DNA of 63,852 bases, filler included, from Octopus bimaculoides (GCF_001194135.2; 6 parts of 6 records of this genome joined end to end with filler, not necessarily neighbours in it); one strand, 5' to 3'. Shown: positions 39,301-51,757, counted from the whole stretch's first letter. A program made the numbers and translations. The notes: generated from the letters alone by a model not told the origin.

Positions 39301-40279
39301 CACATTCAAGAATGTCCATAGTTCCCATAGCCTGTTCATATAACCTTCAATTTATTCATCCCGTTGACTATGTTCTCATAAATTAATGCTTAGCATATAA
39401 TCGCATGAAATTTTATTTTCTTCCTTTCTCTATCTTATATAATTCCTTTGCGCAACAAACGAACGTTATTATTGTTTTCGGCACATGTTTCATTAACTTT
39501 AAATTACACCTACTTCCTAAGCCGAAAGATTAATTTCATGTATCCTAGTGGGTTCCCTGCCATATCTTATTGTATCATATGTCATCCACGCACTCATCTG
39601 GGACGTTAGCCATACTGCCGTAATTTCCGTTCTTGAGTCATCTCTAAGCGAGTCCCATTCACGTTTAAATCCTGAGATATCAACAAATTTATCATATTCT
39701 TTATGTTTTGTTTCTAGTCTGTTTTCTGCATTGCTTATTTAACAGTAACCTAGGTAGACAATATTTTGTGATTATATTCCTCTGCACATTCATATTTGTC
39801 AAAAATAATATGCTTATCACGCTACTGCTTTTTTCATGGATTATGCATTTTACCAGCTCGGCTACGTATATGTTAATACCTGTAATATATTTCTGCTGTG
39901 TTTGGTGACTTAATTTAACGGATTTAATTTTTAATAAACAAAATCATTAGTATACCGCAATATAGAATCACCCACTAATTTTACCAATGACATTTCATGT
40001 TCTATTTTTTGCTGTAGCAAATATTCCTTCCAGTCTTTCTCATTTCAATATATACACATCCATTTCTACCTTAATATTCTTCTAGCAATCTTACGATAAA
40101 TATCTAATGATACAACAGCGAAAATCTTACTGATTTTGAGAAGCCTTCTCCTTACATCGTGACCGTTTAGTTTTAATTTCTTCACTATACACTTTCTCTT
40201 ACGTAGTGTAACCTGGATGCTGACACGTTTCCTACAAACATTTCTAAAAACTAAATCTAGAATTGCAGAGTAAAGATTG

Positions 40280-40660
40280 TTAACTGGTCAATTATTGAAA
40301 TATGTAATCTTGACAGAAAAATACGAAAATTGTTGACAATGCATAGAATGCACTACCATAAGGATATAGAACGACTTTTCTGCCAAGAAAAGAGGAAGGC
40401 AGTCGAATTTTACATCTGGAAGATTGCCAAAATTACCCTAAACACCAACTTGAACAACTCTGGTGACTGGATGTTACAACTTGTCTGGAAGCATGAAAAG
40501 AAGAAAGCATCTTACTAAGTAACACAACAGGCAAATGAAAATCTAAGTGAATTCAAAATACAACAAATCCCAGAATTAGACGTACCAGAAACAAGCAGAG
40601 TAATAGCTAAACGTATGAAAACCCGTGCTAAAATTGTTGCCTTAGATATTCTTACTGATA
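40280..40660 (+). mobile_element. R4/Dong-type LINE internal fragment
   Basis: LTMHRMHYHKDIERLF...NSGDWMLQLVWKHE corresponds to LT.HRMHHPK.DI.RLY...DWMLQLV..HE. Confidence 0.65.
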
Positions 40661-42096
40661 CCAAAAGAGAGCTAATAGTGCCTATGTTGACAAATCCCTA
40701 AATATCACATTGAATTCGATTCGGAGGCTTTCGAATATATAAATTCTTGAGAAATTAAAGCTGTCTCGTAGCCAATAGGTCATCTTAAGTGCCATACATA
40801 TTACTAGAATAACCTTTCCAATAATGCCAATTAAATATATACCAAAATGAAGACATTTATATAAAACCTTGCAAATGAAATTTATTCTTAATTACAATTT
40901 GCTTTGAAAAATTATGATTTAATTTTAAATGAATAACAGACAAGATGAATCCTGGCCAAAAATATTTATATATTAAAGAATGTTATTGTTAAAATATGTT
41001 TTGGTTAATTTCAGCATATATAAATTAAATGACAAATGGCATTATGCCAAGCATTTTGACTATTTCATGCATACGCATTACCGTGGTTGTTTTGGTATCA
41101 ATAGAAAATAGGAAATAGAATGTTAAGGTACATGTATGACGTGGCTCATTAGCATTGAACCCATACTGGTCCAATTAGTTTACTATCGGCACGTGATTCT
41201 TGCCACTGTTAGGAAATACCACTCAGGAATATTAGTTTCTCAAAATACCATATATTTACAAAAGAATTCTGTATCGGCTGTTATAAACATCGAAATATTA
41301 GACATATCGTCATATCAATTATGCATGTCCTGTGTTTGCTATCCTCATGGGTTCGATTTCAATCCAATGCATCTGGCTTTATATATTATACTTGTAGATC
41401 GATTCTTTAGCAGTGTTGACAAGGCTTTCTTGTATTTATCTTAAATAAGTCATTTGAAATGCTCATTTTCTGAAAGTATGATAGAGGGTCATCCGGTATT
41501 TCATATTTATCACGTAATATTAACGCTTATTTGATTTAATTAAGTGGCAGTAATATTATGAGAAATATTCCACTTCAATGGCATTAATATGAGCAAAAGA
41601 TACATATACTCCGTATACAACATAGAAATGTTGGTTTTCTCTAAACGCTGGATAAACTCATTCTCATTATCAACACGAGCATGTCGCTTTTTCTCGTTCG
41701 TCAATTACAATCCAAAATATATCTGGCAATTTTTTTGTTTTAACGCCACTGCATATATTTGAATATTTGCGAAGTGCTTAATCGGCAAAGAATAACCTGT
41801 CAATATATACGACTTGCCTTATTATGAATGAGCTATTCTTTACTCTTTCGAAGATACATTTATATTTTCCATAATATTTAAATCTACAAAAAATTATATT
41901 TGTTTTAATCTCCGATGTTCTCTCATTTTCTCTTTATTCCTACTAATATATTTATATTTTGTGTATTCTATTCGTTCTTTTTTCTTGCCTTCTACAAATT
42001 ATCGATAACGATAGCGATCATTGTTTTTAGGAGAGTATCTTTCTTTGTTGCAATTCAGTTGTCTTACTAATAAATGAAAGCATTATTGAATATGTT

Positions 42097-42298
42097 GCGG
42101 AGGCGAGAATGGCCCAGGGGTTAGAGCAGCGTACTCGCGGTAGTAGGAGCGCGGTTTCGATTCCAAGACTGGGCGTTGTGAGTGTTTTTGAGTGAAAACA
42201 CCTAATACTCCACGAGGCTCCGGCATGGTGGTGGTGGTGGTGGTGGTGAAACCTTCTGCACTCTTTCACCACATTTTTCTCTCACTCTTTCTTCCTGT
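42097..42298 (+). mobile_element. SINE family C 5' half (tRNA-like head)
   Basis: gcggaggcgagaatggcccaggggttagagcagcgtactcgcgg..gcggtttcgattccaagactgggcgttgtgagtg matches the 49296 copy. Confidence 0.85.
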
Positions 42299-42574
42299 TT
42301 CAATATACACAGTTTTATGAAACATATATACGCTAAATGTTGTACCTGATATTGGCATACCAATAGACATTTGATTTCTTGATACCATCTGGCTACATTT
42401 TCTATATTGCTATTCATATCACGTTCAGCTATTTCCATTTTTGCACATCTGAACATTAATTATGAATTTTATACAATTTATCAGACGCTGAAATAGGAAA
42501 CGGCAATTGTATAATCGTGTCACATCAATAGGCTAGACGTAATATGAATATTTATTATAGAATATGTATATTTA

Positions 42575-43130
42575 CAGGGTTTTCGGGCTTGATATGACAG
42601 TTTGCATCAAAGGTAAAAATCAAAATGCTATTCAAAACGACGAAAAGTATATTTAAAAAATCAAATATATCAACTACATTATTGCTGGGAGATAACAGTT
42701 CCCCATCCTCAAGATTACAAACGCATCAGGGCGGTTCCGAAATCTAGAATGTACATTCCTCGCTGTGTCACTTGGAACATGGTGTAACACATAAATTTGG
42801 CCAACATCTGATCCTTGGTATCGCTGAGAGTGGTCAGTGTCTATCCCAACTGAACCGCTACACATAGTAATCCATGGAATTACAATAGGAGAAATTAGGA
42901 GGCAAGGTGTTGGGGCTGGAGAAGTCGTAAACACTATCCCGCTACCATTTCTGACTCTTTCCAAAAGTATGGCAAGGACTGAATCCTGCTTTCGCACATA
43001 TAGCCTCCCAGGAGCAACCTTCTGCACCGGGGTGTGAGCACAATTTACAGCAGCTTCCCCTTCTTCATTCCTTTGTGTATTCCTCTCTTCCTCTTTTCGA
43101 TTTGACCTTACTTTTAGGTCACTTTAAATA
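42575..43130 (-). pseudogene. Tc1/mariner-superfamily (maT/DD37D-like) transposase 3' remnant with one TIR
   Basis: GRLYVRKQDS-PCHTFGKSQKW..SVYDFSSPNTLPPNFSYCNSMDYYV resembles GRPYVWQQDSAPCH...WPPNSPDCNPMDYYVW; also SRFRNR. TA-cagggttttc.. end at 42573. Confidence 0.7.
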
Positions 43131-43366
43131 AAACCCTTGATTCAATAAGACTGTGTACAAACTCTATACTCGGAATGACCAAATTTAAAGACTATTGGAT
43201 TTTAATCATAAGGTATTGGAATGTGATATGTATACAATTCCGCCTAAATAATAGATTTACAAGTGTAATATCCCTGCATAGGTCACATCTATTTTCGTTC
43301 ATCCAATTCACTATTTATTTCGTATCTTATCTAAATTAATTATTACTTAATCATCTTCTCACGCCA

Positions 43367-43412
43367 TCTCCGATGAAGGGATATAATAAATATCCTGGAA
43401 ACAGCTGTAAGA
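43367..43412 (+). ncRNA. Candidate minimal type-I hammerhead ribozyme (non-canonical CCGAUGA core)
   Basis: UCU-CCGAUGA-A-GGGAUAU-AAUAA-AUAUCCU-G-GAAAC-AGCU-GUA|AGA; palindromic stem III ACAGCUGU; 3-bp stem I. Folded by eye. Confidence 0.45.
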
Positions 43413-43809
43413 CCTTTTATTTATAAATGTTCTAAAATTTACACAGCCTTTTTTTTTGTCTCATTAGGAAAAGTAAATATTTATATGCACATTGGACCCC
43501 TTATTCGCATAATCACCGAACCTGGAGCTTAACTATGGCCTACCCATAGCACTTACTCAGCATTACCTGACATCTGTGGGTCTCATTGATACCACTACCG
43601 CTCATAACCTATGTTACCATTTACAGATTCTTAACGCATTCTTCATCGACTTAGAATGTGTGATGAATAGTGATGATGCTTTGGTATCAGTAGTTGAAGG
43701 TCAATATTGCTGTTTTCGACCCCTTTATTTCCACATAGTGTAAGGTACATGGAAATGAAACAAGTCAAGTTTAACAAACGGAATTTCTTTCATTTTCATT
43801 GCACTTTTA

Positions 43810-44156
43810 CGAGGTCTGATCAATAAGTACGTCACGCAACGTCAAGCTGCTTGGCACAGATTGGCTTTGAACGCTGCTGAGCATGTGCACTAAGCTTTAA
43901 CGGTGTAGCTCACTACCGCTGTTTACAAAGAAAATATGTAGCGTGTGATTGTCGTATTGGCCATGACAGAGAAAGTTTTCATGGCGATACCTGCTCAGAG
44001 GCCTAAGCAAAGTAGATGCGGAACTGCGCTAAAACATTAAAACTTAGTGCTCGTGCACAGCAGAAATCAAGATCAATCTGTGCCAAGCGGTTTTACTTTG
44101 CGTTCTTTAGATTCGTTACTATGGCGACGGTCCAGATACTTATTGATTAAACCTCG
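43810..44156. mobile_element. Mariner-derived MITE (347 bp), largely palindromic
   Basis: TA TSDs (43808-43809, 44157-44158); TIRs cgaggtctgatcaataagta / tacttattgattaaacctcg; internal 14/14 inverted repeat at 43850-43863 / 44074-44087. Confidence 0.9.
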
Positions 44157-45371
44157 TATTTGATAAATATTTCAGTAATTAAACCTTTAATACGCAAGCA
44201 GAACATTCAGCGAGACTATATTCAAAGAAATCATAGCCGAAGGATTTACTTGTGTTAAAATATTTTGTTTTTGACCTGGATTTCTGTGACAAAATATCAG
44301 GACTATTTTATATTTGTGCTGAAGTAACTCATAGAGCTGTCGCATCGAAAGTTTAAATGAGATAGAGAACTAAAAAGAGAAATAGTCTCTGTATGATATC
44401 GAACATTTGTCGTAAGACTTGTATATAATTATCAAACTCATACAAGGCTGCTAATGATGCAAATAAGATAGCTGCAGATAGAGATGGATTCAATGAGTCG
44501 CTGGCGGTAAATCTTGAAAGTAACAGATAATTTAATTTGGTGAAGCAAGCGAATTATAGAGTTTGGGGACTTGTGTTTGTAGTCTTCATTATAGTTAGAT
44601 GTGTATATAATAATTTAGTAGCATGAATAGAATTAGAACGTGAAAATTATGCACTCTTATCTCAATTAGAATATAAGGAAAATATATAGTGTTTCTCGAA
44701 ATAAACTCTCTTCTAAGATTTGACCAGATTTGACGGATTACGATGTATCTGAAAATTTGTCTGGAATTTTGCTTTGCATGAAATGGTGAGTATTACTCGT
44801 ATTTTTGCTGATGTTTCCTACAAAAGTAAAAAATGTTTTCGGATGTTGGCTTTCCTGACCTGTTCCTAAAGAATAATGGAAGCCGTTCATTTCTGAGGTT
44901 GTTGGGACGTTATATTTCTGTTTTGAAGCGGTATAAATAAATTTTAAAAATGGCTATCGTGTGTTGTGTATGCTTAAATGATGTGAAGAAACATGTTGCG
45001 AATAGCATCAGAATTATTCGGTGTCTGAAAGAAATGCGTTTGTGAAAAGTTTTGTGATCAATAGTTCTCAGAATATATATATATATACATACATTCCTTG
45101 ACCAACAATAATTAATGGAGTCAGAACTCCGTATACACACATACACACACACACAGATATATATAAATATATGTACGTATGTGTAACGTTTTGCCTATTT
45201 ATGTGTCCATCTGAAAGTATGTGTGTGAGCATGTATATGTATATATGTATGTGCATATATATATATATATANNNNNNNNNNNNNNNNNNNNNNNNNNNNN
45301 NNNNNNNNNNNNNNNTTAATTAATTAANNNNNNNNNNNNNNNNNNNNNNNNNNNNNNNNNNNNNNNNNNNN

Positions 45372-45461
45372 ATAGCCTCGGGCCGACCAAAGTCTTGTGA
45401 GTGGATTTGGTAGACGGAAACTGAAAGAAGCCTGTCGTATATATGTTGGGCGGACAAACAC

Positions 45462-45509
<48 letters not shown>

Positions 45510-45725
45510 GTGTTTGTGTGTCTGTGTTTGACCCCCAACATCGCTTGACAACCGATGCTGGTGTGTTTATGTCCCCGTAACTTAGCGGTTCGGCAAAAAT
45601 AGACCGATAGAACAAGTACTAGGCTTACAAAGAATAAGTCCTGGGGTCGATTTGCTCGACTAAAAGGCGGTGCTCCAGCATGGCCGCAGTCAAATGACTG
45701 AAACAAGTAAAAGAGTAAAAGAGTA
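45372..45725 (+). mobile_element. SINE family A body and 3' part with internal (TA)n
   Basis: tagcctcgggccgaccaaagtcttgtgagtggatttggtagacgg...ccgtaacttagcggttcggcaaaa...ggggtcgatttgctcgactaaaaggcggtgctccagcatggccgcag. The head is lost in a gap. Confidence 0.85.
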
Positions 45726-45744
45726 ATAATGGATGTTGTGGTAG

Positions 45745-46160
45745 ATAACACAGCGGAGTCATGCAATGAAGTGAAGCCTTCAGTTTTTAATTGTGCTTGG
45801 AAAAGTACACAGCCAGACTATATCCGTGACATTACAAGTTTTCCTCAATCAGAAAGTCTATATGAAATTCGAAACGATACTGTGACATTTGCAAAGGATG
45901 CTGGTTGTGAAGAAGTCATAGAAGATGATGTGATTGAGTTGCTTAGTGTTCCAGAAAGCAAGTTTATCTAACGAGGTGCTGATGCTGTTAGAAAAAGAAC
46001 AAGCTGAGAATACAGATGAGACAACGGAAGTTCCACCCACACCACTTAAACTGGCTACTAAAATTATCGCTAAAGGGTTGGCGTTTATAGAGGAAGATCT
46101 GGGGGCTTTTGCTGATCCTTATCGTGAATATAACTGCTTGAAGTAACTGTCGTATCTCCC
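45745..46160 (+). pseudogene. Tigger/pogo transposase C-terminal remnant
   Basis: NCAWKSTQPDYIRDITSF...TFAKDAGCEEVIEDDVIELL...LSNEVLMLLE resembles Tigger AWKKLWP..V.DF.GF...LAK..G.EEV.EDDV.ELL...LTNEEL. Confidence 0.7.
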
Positions 46161-46248
46161 TCATATCACAGGCTGGCATTAAAGAAAAACAAACAAAACA
46201 GTGATGCCCTTTTCGGATAACAAAATTCAATACACGCACTATCTAGAA

Positions 46249-46544
46249 TAGGGGTTTTCAAACTTTTTGACTTGCGGACCCCTTTATATTTCAGGCTTTA
46301 CCTTAGGGACCCCCTTATAAACGCTTACGAAATTTATACATAAATATTTGCTTAAAATAACATATTTTTGCATTTATTTATTTAACAGTGTTTAACAAAA
46401 TAGGTTTATTGTCAATTAAAAGATTTCGATTAAAAAACATATATGAAATCAAATTGCCCATAAAAAGTATTCGCTGTCCACGGATCGCCTGTCTTGTCCT
46501 TGCGGACCCCCTGTGGTCCGTGGACCACAGTTTGAAAACCCCTG
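46249..46544. mobile_element. hAT (Charlie-type) MITE, 296 bp
   Basis: TIRs taggggttttcaaact / agtttgaaaacccctg; perfect 8-bp TSD ATCTAGAA (46241-46248, 46545-46552) matching the Charlie NTCTAGAN preference. Confidence 0.95.
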
Positions 46545-47146
46545 ATCTAGAACAAACATAAGATGAAATGGTCACGGCTGGAGTAGGTTTGATCATATGT
46601 CTGCTAGATCAGAATTGGCTGGAGTGAAACAATACCAGGAGGGGCACATTGGATAATGTAGTCCTAGATACACTGTGTCTGAATAAAGGACAGGATGGTT
46701 AGAGTTAGAACATATTTGATCATAGCTCTGGGGCTAAACAACTGCAAGGAGGAACACATTAGATAATGTAGTCTTAGGTACACTATTTCTGAATAAAGGA
46801 CAGGATGGTCACACCTGGAACAAGTTTGATCAGAATCTACTAGATCAGCATTGACCAGAGGATAAACAATAATAATAGGGAAGGTCACATTTGATAATGT
46901 ATTCCTAGATACACTATGTCTGAATAAAGGACAGGATGGTCAGAGTTGGGACATCTTTGATCATAGGTCTATTGGATCAGGACTGGCCTGGGGTTAAACA
47001 ATTACAAGGAGGAACACATTAGATAATGTAGTCCTAGATACACTATGCCTGAATAAAAGACAGGATGATCACCGCTGGAATGCCTTTGATCAGGACTGAC
47101 CTTGGGTTAAACAACAGCAAGAAAGAAGGACACATTAAATAATGTA

Positions 47147-47525
47147 GTGACACTCCGTCGGTTGCGACGACGAGTGTTCCAGTTGATCCGATCAACGGAA
47201 CAGCCTGCTCGTGAAATTAACTTGCAAGTGGCTGAGTACTCCGCAGACACGTGTACCCTTNNNNNNNNNNAACTTGCAAGTGGCTGAGTACTCCGCAGAC
47301 ACGTGTACCCTTAACGTAGTTCTCGGGGAGATTCAGCGTGACACAGAATGTGACAAGGCCGGTCCTTTGAAATACAGGTAGAGCTCATTTTTGCCGGCTG
47401 AGTAGACTGGAGGCACGTGAAATTAAGTGCCTTGCTTAAGGAGACAATGCGTTGCTGGGAATTGAACTCACGACCTTACGAACATGAGTCGAATGCCTTA
47501 ACCGCTAACCCAAGCGCCTTCCGCC
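47147..47525 (-). mobile_element. SINE with tRNA head, CORE-like middle and family-C 3' tail, inserted in the array
   Basis: Head ggcggaaggcgcttgggttagcggttaaggcattcgactc..gagttcaattccc; TSD aatgta(gt) at 47141 and 47526. Contains a 10-N gap with a duplicated overlap. Confidence 0.85.
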
Positions 47526-47542
47526 AATGTAGTCTTAGGTAA

Positions 47543-47873
47543 AGACCACCTTAGGTCATGAATGATCTTAGGATTGCATCTAGAAAGTTCTCCGAGGAAC
47601 AAGGGAGGGCAAGGTTGTTTTATGGAAGACCAGCAGTCGCCCATGGTTACCAACCTCCCCCACTCCATGCCACCGATGTTATCCAAGGCGAAGGCAAAGG
47701 GGCCGATACAGCTTGGCCCCAGTGACGTCACAACTTATTTCTACAACTGAGTGAACTGGAACAAACATGAAAGAAAGTGTCTTGCTCAAGAACATAAACC
47801 CAGTCCAGGAATCGAACTCACTACCACATGATTGTAAGCCCCACGCTCTAGCCACTGAGCTATGAGCCTTCAC
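47543..47873 (-). mobile_element. Another tRNA-derived, CORE-like SINE
   Basis: Reverse complement reads gtgaaggctcatagctcagtggctagagcgtgggg..gagttcgattcctggactggg..ttgagcaagacactttctttca..ccagttcactcag. Confidence 0.8.
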
Positions 47874-48949
47874 ATAAACCTAGATACATTATGTTTGAAT
47901 AAAAAAACAGGATGGTCACAGCTGGAATGCCTTTAACCACAGGTCTGCTTGATCAGGGTTGACTTGGGGCTAAATAGTATGCAAAGGACACATTAAATAA
48001 TGTAGTCCAAGATACACTGTGTCTGAATAAAGAGCAGAATGGTCGCAGCTGGAACACCTCTGATCATAGGTCTGCTGGATCAGACTGGCCCGGGGCTAAA
48101 CAAATACAAGGTGGGACACATTAGATAATGTAGTCCTAGATAAACTGTCTGAATAAAAGACAGGATGGTCACCGCTGGAACATCTTTGATCATAGGCCTG
48201 CTGGATCAGGACTGACCTGGGGCTAAACAACAAGAACAAGGAAGGACACATTAGATAATGTAGTCCTAGATACACTATGTCTGAATAAAAGACAGGATGG
48301 TCACAGACGGAGAACCTTTGGACATAGATCTACTGGATCAGCCCCAAAAGGGCTGACCTTGGGCTAAACAAAAAGTGCTAGGGAGGACACATTAGATAAT
48401 GTAGTCCTAGATACACTATGTCTGAATAAAAGACAGGATGGTCACCGCTGGAACATTTTTGATCATAGGTCTGCTGGATCAGGATTGACCTGGGGCTAAA
48501 CAAGAAGGAAGGACATATTAGATAATGTAGTCCAAGATACACAATGTCTGAATAAAAGACAGGATGGTCACATTTGGAATACCTCTTGATGATAGGTTTG
48601 ATGAATCAGGATTGACCCGGGGCCAAAGAAGGACACGATAGGTAATGTAGGGTCACTACTTCTACTTGCGGCAGCGCTGACCCGGGGTAGGTTGAGCCAG
48701 CTCCGGCACAGCGTGTTCACCATGTCCCTCACGAATGCTGATCACAACTGACGGTCGGTCCCAACGTCCCAGCAGAAAGGAAGAGGAATGGCTTCTGCCC
48801 ACGACCTAAACACCCACAGGGAGAGAGAGCAAGCGCGTCGGAGAGCGCGGACGCCGTAACTGTAAGCGTCATTCGTTGCCGAGGCGTAAAGGTCATGGCT
48901 GGAGTTGAAGTGGGAATACAAATCCACAGTAGTCCCCCGGGAATACAAG

Positions 48950-49745
48950 TCCATCCTGTCTTTTATTCAGACATCGTATACCTAGGACTACATCATCTAA
49001 TGTGTCCTTTATGTGATTCCTTTCGTCTTGTTGTTTAACCCCAGGTCAGTCCTGTTCAAGTAAACTTGCCATCAAAAGCGTTCCAGCTGTGACCATCCTG
49101 CTCTTTATTCAGACATCATGTACCTAGGACTACATTATCTAATGTATCCTTTCTTGCTGTTGTTTAGCCCCAGGTCAGACCTGATCAAACAGATCTATTA
49201 TCAAAAGCATTCCAGCTGTGACCATCCTGCCTTTTATACAGACATTGTGTATCTAGGACTACATTATTTTTCGTCTTGTTGTTTAGTCCCAGGTTGTGGA
49301 GGAGCAATGGCCCAGTGGTTAGGGCAGCGGACTCGCGATCATAGGATCGCGGTTTCGATTCCCAGACCGGGCGTTGTGAGTGTTTATTGAGCGAAAACAC
49401 CTAAAGCCCCACGAGGCTCCGGCAGGGGTTGGTGGCGGACACTGCTGTACTCTTCAATCACAACTTTCTCTCACTCTTACTTCCTGTTTCTGTTGTGCCT
49501 GTAATTCAAAGGGCCAGCCTTGTCACACTCTGTGTCACGCTGAATATCCCCGAGAACTACGTTAAGGGTACACGTGTCTGTGGAGTGCTCAGCCACTTGC
49601 ATGTTAATTTCACGAGCAGGCTGTTCCGTTGATCGGATCAACTGGAACACTCGACGTCGTAAGCGACGGAGTGCCAACAACAATAACAATTAGTCCCAGG
49701 TTAGTCCCGATCCAGCAGACCTACCATCAAAAGCATTCCTCTTGT
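48950..49745 (-). repeat. Same ~128-bp unit in inverted orientation (3 copies plus a partial), interrupted by a SINE
   Basis: Markers ttttattcag at 48961, tttattcag at 49104 and ttttatacag at 49232. A further + orientation partial unit lies at 50035-50113. Confidence 0.9.
49296..49690 (+). mobile_element. Full-length SINE family C (tRNA-derived) with TSD
   Basis: A/B boxes (tggcccagtggttagg, ggtttcgattccc), (AAC)n tail, 12-bp TSD tagtcccaggtt (49284-49295, 49691-49702). Confidence 0.95.
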
Positions 49746-50177
49746 GACTTGGGGATACTGTGTTACGTAGCAGCTCATTTTGCTGTTGATTTTCGACCGT
49801 CGTAGAGGATTAGCTGACCGTCACTTATCGGAGCAAACGCAGCTCATATTTGAAACAAGTGGTACACATGGTCCGTTAACACATAGCTGGGGCCCTAAGA
49901 GGTGCTACTACTTCAGGTGTGACTATGCCCGGGAATGATAGTGGCCAAGATGTGGTTCCACGCTCCTCAAAACCATGGAACTCTCGTACCGAGGTTCCGC
50001 TACGGAACGCAGTTTGAAGTCTTGCCCAGGACATAGGTACACTGTAGCTGAATAAAACCGAATGGCTACAGCTGGAATTACCTTTGATCATCGGTCTGTT
50101 TGACCAGGACTGACAACCCACCAACTAACCGACACTACCGCAACAACATTAACAACAACAACAACCACGACAACTAT

Positions 50178-50215
<38 letters not shown>

Positions 50216-50644
50216 CGAATACAACAACACCACCAACAATAACAGCAAAGACAGCAGCAGATACTATTACTAACTGCAACAATGAAACTACACTTACAAA
50301 GAAGTATCTCTAACGTTACTCGCAACTTCCGGTTTGTCCCATGCAGGCGCCATTACTGTTAAAAACAGCAACAACCAGTATAACAATTAGTATAATAATA
50401 ATAATGATAATAGAAACAAAACAAAGCTTTTTCGTCTTAACTTTCATACGCAGTGCGACAAGTAACCTGTTGTTGCTGTAAATAATATAACCTTTTGTTA
50501 ATGACATCAACGTCGCTGTTGTTGATGTTGTTGATTTTCTGGCTGCTGCAGAGACGTCATTAATGTTGTTGTTGTTGCTGTTGTTACTTGTGTTTTGTTT
50601 TTTTTTCTTGATATTGTTTATCGTTATTAACGTTCTTATTTAAG

Positions 50645-50948
50645 TTGGCGAGCTGGCAGAATCGCGAACACGTCGGGCGAAATGCTTAGCGGTATTTCGT
50701 CTGCCGTTCTGAGTTCCGAGTTCAAATTCCGCCGAGGTCGACTTTGCCTTCCATCCTTTCGGGGTCGATAAATTAAGTACCAGTTACGCACTGGGGATCG
50801 ATGTAATCGACTTAATCCCTTTGTCTGTCCGTGTTTGTCCCCTCTATGTTTATCCCCTTGTGGGTAACAAAAAAATAAGAAACGTTAGCATGTCGGGCGA
50901 AATGCTTAGCGGTATTTCGTCTGCCGTTCTGAGTTCCGAGTTCAAATT
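50645..50948 (+). mobile_element. SINE family B, tandem dimer truncated by a gap
   Basis: The unit restarts after aaataagaa at acgttagcatgtcgggcgaaatgc (period ~220 bp). Confidence 0.9.
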
Positions 50949-51669
50949 NNNNNNNNNNNNNNNNNNNNNNNNNNNNNNNNNNNNNNNNNNNNTTAATTAA
51001 TTAANNNNNNNNNNNNNNNNNNNNNNNNNNNNNNNNNNNNNNNNNNNNATATATATATATATATAAACATATATATATGCGTACATACGTTTATATGTAT
51101 GCACACACATGTGTAGACGTAGTTTTCTTTACATATATATTCGTATGGACATCTGTAAAGATAAACATGGTCTCACTTAAAAGTATAGGAACACACATAT
51201 ATATTTATTATATTAGGATACATACACATATATATTTGTATATAAGATACGTGTATAAACATTTCGACACAAACACGCATATATACTACATACACGCATA
51301 TATACACATACGCATAAATACGCATGTCTATATAAGCATATATATGTACATAAGTATATATGCACACATATATACATAATACACACACACATATATATAT
51401 ATATATGTATGTATGTGTAATCATGTGTACACATACACATGTGTATAAATATATCTCTATACATACATATGTATATATGTATATATATTTGTGTGTATAT
51501 ATATGTATATAAATATACATATGCATGTATATATATGTGTGTGTGTGTATACATATGTATGTATATGTATGTAGGAGAAGAAAGAGTGAGATAACTATTA
51601 TTCATGTATATTTAATTACATATCATGCCATCGACCATTTTTTAAAAGTGTCTTTACAAGCTTCAACAA

Positions 51670-51707
<38 letters not shown>

Positions 51708-51722
51708 ACAACAACAACAACA

Positions 51723-51757
<35 letters not shown>

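Larger units (their letters stand above)
46560..48650 (+). repeat. Tandem array of a ~128-bp unit (~11-12 copies), interrupted by two SINEs
   Basis: Marker gaataaaRgacagga at 46681, 46791, 46922, 47051, 47897, 48025, 48151, 48283, 48424 and 48550 (periods 110-141 bp). Confidence 0.92.

Noticed and set aside
47218-47312. 43-bp tandem duplication inside a SINE
   Set aside because: The copies are separated by exactly 10 N, so this is an assembly overlap artefact.
46560-48650. Array as a CRISPR-like repeat-spacer system
   Set aside because: Whole units are homologous end to end with no unique spacers; eukaryotic context and no cas genes.
49296-49370. tRNA-like sequences at SINE heads as tRNA genes
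   Set aside because: They continue into SINE bodies with tails and TSDs, and lack a proper acceptor stem and terminator.
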